A stretch of DNA of 57,814 nucleotides from Perkinsus olseni (taxonomy: Eukaryota), in NCBI GenBank assembly GCA_013115125.1, contig JABANN010000171.1, positions 1-57,814 of the forward strand, written 5' to 3'. The notes under the pieces are model-generated. The model had not been told where the DNA came from. It saw nothing but the letters and a program-made list of their open reading frames with translations, and did no database searches. The position numbers and the translations under genes are program-made. Positions 20,980-35,126 of this stretch are shown here, in pieces (position 1 is the first letter of the stretch; each line of letters opens with the position of its first letter).

Positions 20980-22405
20980 GTCATCAAGTACCAGCTCCTC
21001 ACCGAAACGTGCCAGTTTATCGAGGAAAAGATTCGTCCTTCCGGACTCCCATAGAGAGTAACTCGGCCCACCTTAGCGCTCACCGTTATTGCATCACCGT
21101 GCGCAGGTATGATGAAGATGGAGTCTTTAGGAGCTGGTCAGTGTCTCTCAGCAATCCAAAGAATAAGGCAACTTTCGGGAAGAAGTATGTCTGGACTGTG
21201 ATGGTAATATCACGTAATTGTTCTGCTGGTCGTGAGGTGATCGAGAGCGTTCCCAGGTCATCGACCCTGCAGGAGTTGAGTATTCCAGTCGTAAATCCTA
21301 CGGTGACTGCAAGCTGCTCCGCCGTGAGCTGGCCCGGTCCTTTCCGGCGACATTCCTCCCCCCACTTCCGGATAAGCACACCTACTGTGCGCTGGGGAAG
21401 ACCAAGGTCGACTCCGAGTCGATGGTCCTGTCCAAGTTCCTTCAGCGGTGCACTCAGCGCTCCAACATCGGCCGTTCTCAAGTGTTTCTAACCTTCCTGA
21501 GGCGAGATGGTTCCCAGTGGGAGCAGGCCGTGAAGAAGGACTTTTCCACTAGGAGCGTCGCACAGCTGTGCAGACAGTACCGCGACTCCTTTCCGGATCG
21601 AGAGTTGCCAGAGTTTGATCCCGAGAAGGACATCGCCAGGAATGAGGGTGTTGAGGACAGATTGGGGGCAGCAAAGGCCTTCTTGAAGGACCACTCGACA
21701 GCGCTGAAGAAGCTTCTCCACAACATGGAAAGGGCCGACGCCAAACTGAAAGCGGCTTCTAAGGTAGGCGGTTCGGTCTCAAGGGAATGATTTGAAGGTT
21801 CTTTCAGGCTCTCGCGAATGCTGCTTCTGAATCGGAAGAGATCAAGGACAACCAAGGAGGTCGAGTAGATGTGAGGCGGGCGAGCTGTGGTTGGGTCCAT
21901 CAGGTGTACTTCGTCGTAGTTACTAACGACTCCAGTCGGAGCTGGGGTTGTGAACAGGCACCCAGACACATACAACCGTGTGGGCCTGTCGGCTGCCTTG
22001 ATGGGCTGCGAGGGAGAGCCTGGTCTCCTCGGAGCTGATACGCATCTGGGTATGCTCATCCAAGGGGTCCAGGACGAGCTGGCTGACTGTCGGGCGATGG
22101 AGGCTTCGATCGCTCAAACAGAGGATCTGAGGCGAATAGCGCGAAAACTAGAGAGCAAGTTGAACTCTCAGAAGAACAAGAAGGATCGTAAAGTGTCTGT
22201 TGAGGCCCTGCAACTAGAGGCCGCTAGTGCTTTGGATTTTGAGTGGGTTGCCAAGTGCAACGCCGTGGTCTATGAAGTACCCGAGTTCATAAAGAGGAAG
22301 GTACTACCTGGGACGAAACGTCGACTCAGTACTCTGTCTCGTGGAAGTGTCGTCGGTACTGGTGCCGGTGGGGCAGCTACTGGTGACACAAGTGGTGGTA
22401 TGTAA
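20980..22405 (+). CDS. PX-domain protein (sorting nexin-like), multi-exon; start uncertain
   Basis: YGDCKLLRRELARSFPATFLPPLPDKH...LSKFLQRC...SQVFLTFL followed by a helical C-terminus. Confidence 0.75.
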
Positions 22406-23123
22406 CATCAGTCAACACGTCATTCTACCAACGCGCATGGAGATGCCAATGAAACTGTATCATTAGGATGTGGTGGTCAACAGACTCCACTTGCTTCACT
22501 AGCGGCATTCAAGCGCTAATTGGGTTTTCTAATGTGATAGAACTCTTTCTGGTCTGTAAGTGAACATTGAGCCATAGCATTGCCATTAGCTTTTTCAGAT
22601 TGTTATCATGTGCTATTCTCATTTTAATTTCGCACTGACTCGCTGGGTCTCTTGGTGCACTCTTTCACTGGAACTGATGACGATGATCTTAACTGGACCG
22701 TACAGGCGTATCTTCAATTAGGTGGCAGCTTACAACAGAATGGCATTGGAATGGGTTAATACCGTTAGAGGCCCGGAGAGTATCATAACTCGGACACTGA
22801 AGCTAGAAGCCACTGCAAGTCCGAGGAATTCCTTCGATGAAGACGATGATGACGTCGACATTCCAGTGGAAGTGGCTGGAGCTGAAGTCAAATGAACCAC
22901 CCTCTCTGGCCCAGGCGATAGCCCTTCTTCGCCGGTCGGGCATCTATGTCAATGATCACATTGCTTTTTGTATTCCTACCAAAACTACGGGTCCAAGAGT
23001 GTTGTATAGTCGGTTGCTTAGCTGAGTTTCTTACAGATTTACAGTTTCCTCTACCCTTCGATCTTCGCGTTGGTAGCCGCCGTCCTCACCTCGTAGCAGT
23101 GGTGATTTTTGTTTTCTACCGAC

Positions 23124-25119
23124 ATGTTGAATTCGGAAGATGCCTCTTCGTCTCCCAACAACCAGGATCTCAGGTTGCCGGAGATGCACCATCTGAGTCC
23201 TCGCGCCGCCGACTCCGCAGACCTCCGGGAGTCCGCGGATTGGCAGAGTCCCTCGTCCGAATGGAAATCGGCGAGCCTGTCAGATGATGAGGTCGAACGT
23301 ACAACCAAAAGTGATGAAGGCAATTCTCCTATGAATGGCATGACTAGCACTCCCAATGGTGGCGACCTCAACGGTAAGTCCGCTTCTCGCCCCTCTCTCG
23401 TGGCGACATGTCTCTTTGAACAGTTACTGTGACCAGCCACGAATACAACAAGCTTTTCCGATCAGCGTCTATTGATCAGTAAAGTTCTCTCTAGTGTACA
23501 GTCTTTTATAGATGCTTTCCTCAGTAGGGGTCTCAGCTGGTCAGCAGCTGTTGGAGAGCCGGATACTCGAAGGTCTGGCATGCACAAGTATACCACATTC
23601 TCAGTTCGGGTGGGCGAACGCGGCGTTTGCTGTTGTTGTGGTACCTGCTTGGCAGATAACCGACTCGTCCGGCCGAGTCACCTCCGCTACGCGAAAGAGG
23701 TTCACCGACTTCACCGTGTTGAGGCGTGAGCTTGTAGTGTGGGCGTTGGCACCTGATGCCTAAAGTACTGGAGTTTACTGATCAGGTTAAAGCGTATCCG
23801 GGTGCGTTCGTGCCACCCCTGACTTGCAAAAGCCAAATTAAGGTGATGATGAAGACGGCACCCTCGGCTATGATGCAGCACATGAAGCCAGTTGATAACG
23901 TCACTGAAATCAGACGACAGGCTTTGGAGGAGTTCCTCAGCAGGTGAGCAGCGTCCCTTGGCATTCACTCATCTCACGCTCTGCTGCCGTAGGTGTTGCT
24001 CGCGTCTTTTTGTAATGTACTCTCCCATAATGGCTGCGTTTCTGGCCACTCCCGAGAGTACCTACGACGCTCTGAAGAGGGTAGGTTATCTCGTTAGGGT
24101 CGGGCGTGACGGTTGTCTCTCAGGATTTCTCAAACCGTGCTCCCGAGGAAGTATTGGATGAATACAAGATAGCTTTCGCAGCGAAGTCTATCCCCTCGTA
24201 GGTTGCTGTCGATGTACCGGGTTTCCATCATAGTCGATCCCTCAGATTCAGTAGACGTCAAGCATCGTCGAACGGCCCCAATGAAGAGGCCCAGCGACTG
24301 GCTCAAGACGACTCAAGTGATGACGCTTCCCGAGAGAACTCAGTCGACGCTGCCAGCAAGTAGGCCCCTATCCAGCTTCGCGAGCGGTGATGATCTTCTG
24401 TGGTTTTCAGATCCGTAGCTGATGGCTCCGTTAACGTGTCCGAGATGATAGAGACGTCGAAGACCTACCTCAATGATCACTGCAAGGTCCTCAATCAGCT
24501 GCTCACGATGCTCCGTACGGCGGCCTCCAACTTCAAGACTGGCAACGCCGCTCTGAGCACAATTCACTACAAGTTCTCCGACTGCAAGACCATCGATCAG
24601 CAGGGTTCTGGTCACGCTCTGGCTCTTGCGCAAGGTCTGTCTGGTTGTCCCGAGAGGATTGATTTGTCCGATGCATTTTTTGAAGTGAAGAACATCCTCA
24701 GCTCCCCAGCTGACGCCGCTCATTTTGACCTGCTGGCTTCCGTCCTGAGCCGTGAACTCACGGATTGCGGTGCTATGAAGGCCTCCCTCGAGAAGGTCCT
24801 CGAACTCGGCAAACATCGAGACAAAGCCATTGCCAAGCTCAGGTCCGCCAGGAAGCATGGAGGCGCTGGCGGTATCGGAGGCCTCATCCGTGGTACGACG
24901 AAAGAACAGTTGAAGCGGGCGGAGACCAACCGCATGCTGTACGCTGATTTCTACTGGACTGCTGGCTACAATGCGGTGATGAATGAAATGCCAGCTTTCA
25001 TTGAGGGCCGCGCACGAGTATACAACGAGGTTGCTAGAGAGTTTGTCTCGCGATCTGAAGCGACGGATAAGAGCTTAGCTATGACCTGGGCTGCTAAAGT
25101 TAAGAAGGCAACACTGTAG
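23124..25119 (+). CDS. PX-domain sorting nexin with helical (BAR-like) C-terminus
   Basis: KYTTFS...RKRFTDFTVLRRELVKAYPGAFVPPL...RRQALEEFLSR...SPIMAAFL across short introns. Confidence 0.85.
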
Positions 25120-25240
25120 TTTCCACTTGAAGGGTGTGTTTCCCTGTTCCTCTTCGATCATTTATCCTATGGAGCATTAAAGCCACTCGTTTTGTGTTGT
25201 CAATCATCTACTGCCAATCCTGGATCTATTTCTACTGGTG

Positions 25241-26318
25241 ATGATTGTTCACGAGCCCCACGCTCCCCCACTGGCTAACGATGATGAGATCCAGAGGCTG
25301 TACAACTGGGTGAGTCCGCGGCCACGGCGTGATGAGCATCTGCCACCATGGGCCAGCTCCAAGAGTCAGCACTCGTCAGGTGGACGGCATACCTTTATCT
25401 CGGCCCAAGCGTAACATATCTAGAGACTTCGCGGACGGCGTGATGATGGCAGAAACTGTCGCCCATTTCGTGAGCAAAATATAATGCTTCCCTCGCGAGA
25501 AGTTCGATCTGTGAGTTCTCCATCAGGTACCGAAACTTGTCGAGCTGCACAACTACTCCCAGGCCAATGCTCTCACACAGAAGTTGTACAATTGGAATAC
25601 GTTGAATCAAAAAGTAGCGGCGCCGCGGAATTGATGCTTTTCCTCGTAATCGCTTTCAGGTCTTTCGTAGAATGGGCTTTCTCCTGCACACTGATGATGT
25701 GGAAGACTGCGCCAGAGTAGGTCGAGAGCTTCACTCGAGGGGATTTGTCAACGGCTTGGCTCCAGGCTTCACCCGGTTCGATAGAAAGAGTGTTGGCGCT
25801 GATTCGCCCCCGACTGGTGAGCCCCCTGGCTCCTGTTTTCGTCCGAGTTCGGTGAATCAGGTCGAAGCATCGAGTGACAAGGGACGGGGACGGCAGTTTC
25901 GCAGCATCAGTGAGCAGAGATCTCCGAGAACTAGATCAGAAAATTCGTTTCGGGGGGCGCGACCGAACGCTCTGCGGTCGCAGCGGGAGACCAGCCCCAG
26001 AGTAATCAACTCCAGTGACCATGAGGTTTATAGTAACGATGAATGGCAGGTGACGCGTGAACAGGTAGAGGGTAACTTGCCCGATAGAGACAAAGATGCT
26101 CTTATGGCCGAGAAGGACAGGACGATCAGCGAGCTCAGAGAATGCATTGAGCTACTGACTCGAAAGATATCCAAACTCGAGCAACTGGTGACGTTAATGC
26201 TGTTGCGCGCCCCTCTCCAGCCCCGCTTCAGGTGAGAATCAAGGACCAGAAGGTCCTGACTCTGCAGGAACGCCTGGCAGCAGCTCAAGGAACTTCTGCA
26301 TTGCATGCTACTTCGTAA
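25241..26318 (+). CDS. SPEF1: Sperm flagellar protein 1-like (CH domain plus C-terminal coiled coil)
   Basis: LYNWVDGIPLSRPKRNISRDFADGVMMAE...VELHNYSQANALTQKLYNWNTLNQKVF; C-terminal EKDRTISELRECIELL...KLEQLVRIKDQKV. Confidence 0.9.
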
Positions 26319-26874
26319 CTAGATACGTTCATCTGCGAAATGCAGTCGATTCGAACAATGTTGCGTCATACCAGTTCAGTGCCACACCAGGAGAAAAGAA
26401 GACTTCGAGGAAGACACCAGAAATCTAGGAAGCAGCTACTTGACTACCCCGAAGAAAGCTTCTGGCTGATCATGTGAGAGGTCCTGTGATCACTTCTATC
26501 CTGCAGAAGGTCCCAAACCGAGTGGATCGGTAGAAGTACAAGCCGGTAGCACCATGATACGAAATCGCATACACCAGCCACAATACGCCGGAAGGCAACG
26601 AACCGACAAGTGATGGGTAACAGCAGTCTATGGTAGCAATGGATTACGGATGTGGGATGGAGCCCTGGTAAAACTCCTCCCCGCGAGTACTCACTCGGGG
26701 ACGGTGCCAGAAGCCACTCGTGAAGTATTCTACCACACTCAACACTTGGAAATGAATGTCTTTTATTTAGCTCATATTCTGAGTACGATGTTGAGGGGCT
26801 TGAAGCATCCCACGAACGCAACAGAAGTCCGAGCTCAGCGATGCAACAAACATCATGCGTTTGGCACCATCGCT

Positions 26875-29644
26875 CTATTCGTGTGTCTTGGTATGAATTA
26901 CAGCTGCATCATCCAACTCTTCATAAAACTTGAGGCATTTGGGGTTTGCCCTGATGGCCTGTCAGGGTCACAATTGAAAGATTGCGCAGACTGGTATGCT
27001 TACCGTTCTGAAATTATTACTAGCGGAGTTGATGGTGACAGAGTCCAGCGATCGACACCGAGACAACGCGACGTAGGCCTGGCCGTACCTCGGGGAGAAG
27101 AGCGTACAAGCTAGCCAGAATGATCGGGGACGTACTCGAAGATGGTATCCAGTTTGATGACGGCGCAGTCCAAGGTCATACCCTGGCTTTTATGGATACT
27201 CAGAGCCCAGGCAAGTTGCAAAGGAATCTGCCGCCGTCGACCGAGCTCCACCGCTCGTCCGCCGGTTGTTGCCGTACTGTAGAATACCCATTCGTCTAGT
27301 GGGATTGTTATCTGAATCGAACACGCGAAAAGATCGTCCACCCGCCGAGCACCAGCGTTGAGTTGAGATCTTCTGTAACCAGCCAGAATATTTGAGAAGC
27401 TCAGAACTAACTGCTGACCTCCTCGTCTCCAGTTGCGAGGAACTTCACTACGGGCAGACAAGGAGCCTTGGTGAACCTGCGGAGGATGCGATAATCACGC
27501 AACACAGCTGAGCTTCCCCACCGGACTATGATGCCACGGCTGCCATTCACAAGTCGTTTCTGCGGGGAGAAAGTCTTCGTCAGCATGACTTGAGCTCCGA
27601 CCTTGAGTACCACCTGAGAGGGAAGGAGTGCTGAGGGCGGGATTGCAGCGGGTCTACCTTCGGCCGTGCTGAACACATGACATCAAGATTTAGGCTGCTG
27701 GAATCATACACCGTGTCCGCAGCTGTGAAGGTGGTCGGAGGAGTGGACAGCCTCGCTAGTTCCCGCTCGTTGATGGCGTCCACTTCCCTTCTGGTTGGCA
27801 GCAGCTGGGAGGCGACCACACCTCCGGTGAGCGTGGAGTGCTTGCGCTTCGCAACCAGGGACAGGACATCCTGCGTCTCTTGGGAACAGATGCCTCGGCG
27901 GATCTCATTGAGCATCTGGCCATGCCCCGCTCCGTCGGAGCTTGTCACGCTGCTCTTGCCTACTGTAGTGAATATGGCGTCTCCCTCTTGCCTCTTGATC
28001 TCCTTCAGAACCATCGTCTTGTGTATACACTTCCTCCAAGACTTCGCCTGAAGTGGAACTTCCGCTCTCTGGAATACCGCTGTCGACCCACTTCAAAACA
28101 GAAAGAGGCTTCCTCCTTCTTCCCATTAGGTAGAGTCTGACTAACTGGTGGCAACTGTGGAACGCCGTACACGCTCGTTCGCCAGAAGGCTTCACGCTCA
28201 TCGCTCTCACCTGCAAGAAGTCTCCTGTGAGTACCAGCTGGACCCCTCCGAAAGGCCGAGAGTCTTGGCGTACCTAGAGAAAGTTTCTCGGAACGGACCG
28301 TGTGGCCCAACTCACGAGTCTGGCAATCTGCTCTAGCTTGTCGAAGAGCCTTCCATCGAGCATGGATATCTCATCCATTATCAGCGTCTTTACTCGCTTC
28401 CACCGTCCAAGACTGAAGGAACCCGCTTCGACCACCAAGACTGCGGGGGCCTCCTACAGCTCGGGCGAGCGTTTAATCTTCTGAGCGAGAGCGGCTGCAT
28501 CCCTCCCACCAGAACCAATTCCGGCGAAGCTGTGTATCTGCACATGGACTTCAAGTGGCAGCTCCCCGATGACGACGCTCGTTACTGTCTGGCCGCCCAG
28601 ATGTGAAGCAGCGAGCCCTGTAGAGGAAGTGACTGCGGTATGCTCGGGCTTGAGGAGGCGGATGAGCCGGTGGAGGACCTGCTGACGGTGTGCTCAGCGG
28701 AGCGATGTGGAACTCTAACAGATTACGAAGGACTTCCCGGTCCCCGCACCGCCAGTAAAGAACACACTCTTACCGCCCAGTACTGCTTCAACGACCTGAT
28801 GGCGGCCACAGCCTGACTGCACTGATACCCGCCTCAACGAGCTCACTTTTTTCTGCTCTGAAGTCATCCTCGGCCCAACTTTAGCACCGGGGGATTTCCT
28901 GCCGGACCCTGGGATGGGAGGGCGGGCTGGGGTGACCGGTAAGCCGCCTGTGAACAAGAGTCCGGTAATGGCCATACTGAAGCTGCGGACCTCTATGTGG
29001 AGTCCTCCTAAACTTCGGGGCTGTCGGAGGCGACCAACGACTCGGCGATATCCTGTGAGGCGAAGCGAAGCTATTAAGACGTTTCCGATCGGCGGGGTTC
29101 GGCGTGGGGCATACAGCCGCTGTTGGCCGTTGGAGACTGGAGTATGCTGGTGCCGCCTGTGAGGGAGGTATGGTGATCACTCATCAACCTACAGATACTC
29201 ACCCGACTCAGGGCTCGCTTGGCGCATGACCTCTGGCTCTCCTGGATCGCCGCGAAAACACCTTTGGCAACCTCCGGCTGGCCGCGAGAGCTCATCATGA
29301 CGCTAACGCCGGTCTTGACGAAACGTACGGAAAGCAGGCCAACACGCACCTGACTGAGGGGGGCCTCCAGGGAGACAGCAGGCAAGTCGGCGCGGGTGGC
29401 CAGGAAGAATCAGTTTACCTGTGGTGCAGCGTAAAGAAGGCCAGAGAGAAGTCCCGATTCTTATCCCGAAGCTTTTTGTCGCCTGATATGCGGAGTACCT
29501 AAGAAAGCAAACTACAAAGGGGACGCGAGTGTGAACAGAGAAAACGACCCTCTCAGCCACGAGCACGGCCACGGAGGCGTCTGGGTACTTCTCCAATTTC
29601 GGGGGGCCCCGGCCGGCCTGGTGGCGCTCGATTGTGACGGCCAT
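26875..29644 (-). CDS. PIF1: PIF1-family ATP-dependent DNA helicase, multi-exon
   Basis: SVFFTGGAGTGKS, IMDEISM, LVNGSRG, RRQIPLQLAWALSIHKSQGMTLD, GQAYVALSR. Confidence 0.93.
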
Positions 29645-29699
29645 CGGCCCGCCTGATGGGAAGTCTGAGCCTGAATCGAAGCGAGACTCCTACCTCGGG

Positions 29700-32600
29700 T
29701 CAACAGTGGATGGCGGCCTTCACTGTCATGGGGCATAGAATGGGTAAAACTGGGAGAGAGTACCCTCTCGGGTGCCTCCGCACTGACAACACCCCACCTG
29801 TGGACCCCAGTGGAAAGTGTTGTCCACAGAATACTTTTCTGGGGCTCGGTTGAGCTTGTGAGAGCCCTGAGTTCCGAAGCTGCCGAGGTGGTGTTGACTG
29901 TCTCTCCCGTCGATAGCACAACAATGGAAGGGGGAGCCACTGGAAACGTCATCATGCGGCCGAAGGGTTAGCTAATTCTATCATACGCAATCGTACAGAA
30001 TGGGAAACTCAGGCGTCAGCCGCCGTAGCTGCCGGGCAGGGGCATCGACCGAGGCGGAGGGCCGCCTCGCCACACAGCGAGGTCAGTAGGGTAGGGACCA
30101 GCCCAGTTGTACCTGAAAACTGGGCCGTAGTTGGATAAAGCTCATGCCGGGCGCTGACATTCGGGTGACTCCGGGCTGAGGGTCAACTCTCGGGTAGTAG
30201 TAGCAAGGCAATGCTTGGTACTGTTGCTGTGGGTGCGGGTACAGAAGCGAGGGCGGAGGAGGGACGGGGCCGGGCCCCATGTAGAGGGGATGTTGCAGAG
30301 GAGGATGGAAGTAGGGGCTCGGTTGATGCTGCGACCAAGGGTAACTGACAAGGTCTCCAGCTGACTGGATGGTCGTACGGACCGGCAGATGGTACCTCTC
30401 GAAGCCAGCGTGATCTCGCAAGCCTTCATCATCGCTGTTGTCACCAAAGTACTTGCTGGGATCGTAGAGTGGCCGGTCCGAGCTCCCTGAGCTGTGCTCC
30501 TCCGCCACGTCACCGCCAGTCGTCGGAGTTGTCGGCTTCTCCACGCCCTCACGCCGAGAGCCCACTGGCTTGTCTCGACTGTGGCGCGGTGACTCTACAA
30601 TCTCCACCTTGCTCATACTGGTGTACCTGTAACCATACACGGCACACAGGAAGGGCCCGTGGGCCGCTCACTTTCTGATGATGTCCTCGATGGAGGAGCT
30701 TGCCCTAGACGAGGCGCCGGGGGCCACTGCAGGCGGGGGTGCCGCTGCTTCATGGGTGTTCTGCATGAACATGCGGGATGACGGGAGAGAGTCCTCATGC
30801 GTCTGCGTCTGCTGCTGCTGTGACTTGTCGTCGACTGAGCCGTAAGGGAGGGAGAGTCTGGTCTCGCTAGGTTGGAGCGGCTTCGCTTCCAGGCTAGATT
30901 CCTTGGCATCGACGAAGGTTACTGCTCGACGAGAGATTCTGCTGTGCTCAGATTCAGGTCCACAGGACTCCGCTGAATGGCCTAACAGCCGGGCAGGTCT
31001 CCGCGAGATCCCCTCACCCTGCAACCGCCACCTTTGGGCGCACGGGATGAGTCCCACGGGTTGATGAGGTCCGCTGCCGCCAGCGAGGCCTCCTCGGTAG
31101 CCTCTGCTCCCCTATTAGCCGCCTCGAGACTACTGCGTAGGATGCTCTGACTCCAGCTGGTGTATCTGGCAGTGGCAGGGTGTTCCATAGGGACCGTCGT
31201 GACCACGTACTTCCGTGCAAGCTCAGCGCTGCGCCTCTGCCAGCTCTCGTCCTTGTCTAGGGAAGTCTGGTCCCCGACCAGGCATGCTGCTGATGACTCA
31301 TCCCGGGCTAGAGCAGCCAGAAGGGACCCACGGGACTTCCTCGCCGTGCTCAAGAGGCTGGAGCGCTGAATCGGCAGCAGTCCCGCCGCAACTGAGTCCA
31401 CTGACGGCCCACCAGCTCAGCCTCCTTGCTGGTGATGCTAGGCCTATTCTCCGCCTCCTTCCGCTCTGGCGACCCAGAAGGCTTGCCCCCAGCCTCCACC
31501 CGTCTCCCTGGTCTCGACTCAGCGCCTCGAGGACGGTTCCTTGACGCTGAATCCGCTGAGCATGAGCCGACTACTGCAAGAACGAGTCAATTGAAGGTCA
31601 CTACAAGACGGTGGAGGTTCCCGTGATTTCGATCGACCGGGCGGTGCGTCCTTGACTCTTCTCTGCTGTCTTCGCGTCTGTGGTGCAGACCTGCTCCTCT
31701 TCCTCGATCCTCCCCCAGCACGCTTCGGCTGAGGCTTCGCTGCAGCAGCAGCAGGGGACGGGTTAGAGTCGGCCCCAGCTGGAGCGTCGTTCTCAGCAAA
31801 TGTCGAGCCAACGAATGCCTCTAGGGCCGTGTTCTTCGCTCGGTGTCGACGGAAATCAACTGGTTGGCGTCTGGAAGTGAGCCGTGAGTTTGAGAGCAAC
31901 CCGAACAGACGAGCGTCTCCCTTACTTCGTCATGAACACACGCTGGCACACCCTCTCGTGGACTCCGAGCTTATCCGTGGACGCAAACGTCCGGCCGCAG
32001 TGGGGGCACTTGTGGTCCGAGGAAGGCTCCTCGAGAGTCGTCTCGGAGTCCAACTGGCCGCTGCTGGTTTGGGGCATGATCGAGAGGAGCGGCCTTCGAG
32101 ATGCTTTGGGCGAGCGACCGTCCTTGGATGAAAACCATCCCTGGAACTTACCGCCCAGGGGGGATCGAGACTGTACTCTACTGGGGGCCACTTGAGCCGG
32201 CCTGTGGCCGGGCGCACCCACCGGTCCCGTAAGAAGGTCCGGGCATCCACTGGGTTGGTCGAGACTAGCGCGGTGTGGAACAGCAGCAGCAGCAGGTGCC
32301 GTGGTGGTGGAGTGGGGCCTCTCCTCGACCAGAGGCTCGAGCACGCTGAGGTCCTTATGCGACACGTGGTCTATCCGGCTGATAAGGTTGGAGTCGTTGG
32401 AGGTAGGGTCGCGGACAGAGAGCATCATCGAGGTGCAGTTCATCTCCACCGTGCAGCTGGTCGTGGAATCTCGTGCTGGTACGGCGTGATGGTAGTAGCC
32501 CGAGGAGGAGGACCGTCGACTCGCCCAAGCAGCTGCTCGTCGGTCAGTGAGCGGTGGCCGCGTGGAGGAGGTGGTCCCACCGGAGCCAGCAGACGCCTCG

Positions 32601-34500
32601 TTGGTCGCTGAAACAGACTATCAAAGGCCCCGGAAAGAGGCTGCTACCTGTACTGCCCTGCCTCCCTTCAACGCTCGATCTTGATGAGCCGACGCTGGCG
32701 AGGAAGGTCTCTATCTCGGCGTCCCAGTCCACAACCTCGGCCTCAGGGATGGCGGTCATGGAGGGCGGTGAAGCCAGGGCGGGTCGCGAAGGGCTGACCT
32801 TCCTGTGCAGCTGTGCGGCCTTGGCGAGGAAGGCGTCAGTGTTCTCTGCGGACGAGGTCGATGGGGACAGGGATGTCGACGGATCTCGAATGACCTGATG
32901 GGTACTCGTGCTGCTGCTGCTGGGGGCCAACCTACCATCCCAGAGGAGGAGTCAAGGGAGCGATTCGGCCTGCCGAACCCCCGAGGCTTGGCAGGAGACT
33001 CGACCGCTGGTACCTGACGGGCTCCGTCATCCCTTCGATTGTTGGAGGTGTCAGTAAGAGGCATCTTCTCGGCAGCGGTGACCCGCTCGAACGCTTCCAG
33101 GAGGGGGTTGCTAGCTCCTCCCCGCGGCAATGTAGGGACAGCCGTGGTGGTGGCCGGGGTGACGAGCAACGGCACTTGAGGGGTCTCATGCACGAATAAG
33201 GTCTGGCCCCCGGTGCCTGGTGTTGCCTTGGTCCCCGATTCTTGGGGCTGCTGCTGTTGCTGCTGTGGTGGAGCTAGGGCCGGGCCCGGAACCGACTGAA
33301 CGACCAGCCGACTACGGAAGGTCTCTGGACCGCTGGTCCTCACGTGTAGTGACATCGGAGTCCGCATGAGGTCCTCCTCTGCTGTGTCCCCCAAGGCTGG
33401 AGCATCGAGAGCTGGGAGGGAGTCCAGGGATCCATCGTCAGTCCGTGCTGTCAAGAGCGAGCCAGACCGCATGCGGTGTGTACCTAGAGCAGGCAAGCGA
33501 GCGGCAGTGCTGAGGATTGGCAAGCTACAAGTGAGCATGTGGTTCTGGACATCAGCCCTAGTCCGGAAGGCCTTGCCGCAGCGAGGGCATTCCGTCATCG
33601 TCAAGCAGTCGAACCTACGCTGGCAATCAGCAAGGCACAATGGTAGCCGTGGGCCAGTACTGAGTGAGGTCGTTCTCCCTGTGAGGAGTGGGTTTGGGGA
33701 CTTGCGGGGAGGCGTCCCCGAGTAGATCGTCATCTAAGCCCAGCCAACGTGAACGCTGCACGAGAACGGCCTGGCCTACCCGAGTTTGGATTCGACTCGT
33801 TGAGACCAGACGCCGGGCGATGAGCCGGGGTGCTCGCTCCCGCGGTGTCCTCCCCTGACCGAGCACACATCCCACTCAGTAACTCGTACCAAGCCCTACG
33901 GTCGTTGGGATCCCCGCCAGTCAGCTCGACAGCCTGCCCTCCCTTCGGAGACAGGAGCCGCTCCTGGCTGGCCTCCATGGCCGCTGCGAACTCCGCAGTT
34001 GACGAACCCGGCGAGAGTGTCATAAGGGTGTGGTTCCCTCCCCGAGAGACCCTTCTCACGCTCCCCGACGGGGCGCCGGATTTCCGTAGTACTCTGCTTG
34101 GCGTGACCAGATCGCTGCACGTAAGCTGGCTGCCGTCCAGGGAGCCTGGCGCGGGGCTGCTGTGTTTCTGGTCATTGCTGGACTGCGGGAAAGTAGGATG
34201 ATTCGTAACGGACCGCGGCTCGGCCCACCGGTGTCCGCAAGCTCGGGAACGCATCGCCTGGAGTGTCCCTGTTGTGCCGTACATTAGGGGGCGTATTATC
34301 GGCGTCGAAGCCCAGCTTTCGCACCACTGAGTCCGGGGAATCTACGAGGTATTGTCACCGAAATACCCCGTTCTGGTCTCAGCATTACCGTCATTTTCGC
34401 CGCCTCCAGCCGCCTTCCGAGAGCCAGTGACTGCCGCTACAGCCCTCGTGGTCCTCTGGTTGTTTACCTCTGCTCGCGCTGGACCTGAGGCCTCCTTGTG
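29700..34500 (-). CDS. Large low-complexity protein with C2HC-type zinc fingers (ZC2HC1-like); ends approximate
   Basis: CPRCGKAFRTRADVQNHMLTC and CPHCGRTFASTDKLGVHERVCQRVF; S/P/R-rich exons between short introns. Confidence 0.7.
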
Positions 34501-35126
34501 AGAGTACGAGAGGCGCGCTCTGAATGGTGCTGCACACGATTCAAGAGACTAAACCTGCAAACTTTCTATACTGCGAGGCCCGGAAAAACTCTTCAGCAGC
34601 GAGAACAACGAGTTGGAAGGCTCTCGTTTTATGTGGCATAGCGACGATTTACCACTCCAATCGATCGTAAAGCGCAACTTACTACCCCGGCCTACCTGGG
34701 GACGTCCCCATAGCCGTGAAGGGAGAAGCCATGAGCACGCTATCATCATCGAACCTGTGACTTGGCCGTCCCGGTGGACTGGTGGTGTTGGCCAGACTGG
34801 GGCGTGCAGGAGGGGCTTGATGGGGGTGTGCCGCCAGATTGGGTGCCGTCCACGGCGTTGCACTGCGTATGCCAGTAGTAGTGGCTAATGGCCCTGCATG
34901 ATGCACTGGAGTGAAGGACGGCAGTGCCCCTTGAGGTGTGTGCTGCAGCGGCTCTGCCATATCAGACTACACTCAGTAAGGTCTTACTACCACCGTCCTT
35001 GTGCACTAAGGCAGCCTCGATCCCCTCCATGGTCGAATGGTGGAGGCGGCGCTCACATTTACTACTTCATAACACAACAACGCCCTCGGTAGTGAGTACG
35101 ACTGGTATAACATCACATGCATGCAA

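Noticed and set aside
26444-27114. ORFs between SPEF1 and PIF1
   Set aside because: No recognisable motifs; they partly overlap PIF1 3' exons and likely UTRs
26875-29644. PIF1 as a Helitron helicase
   Set aside because: No Rep/HUH domain; intron-rich gene with cellular PIF1 organisation
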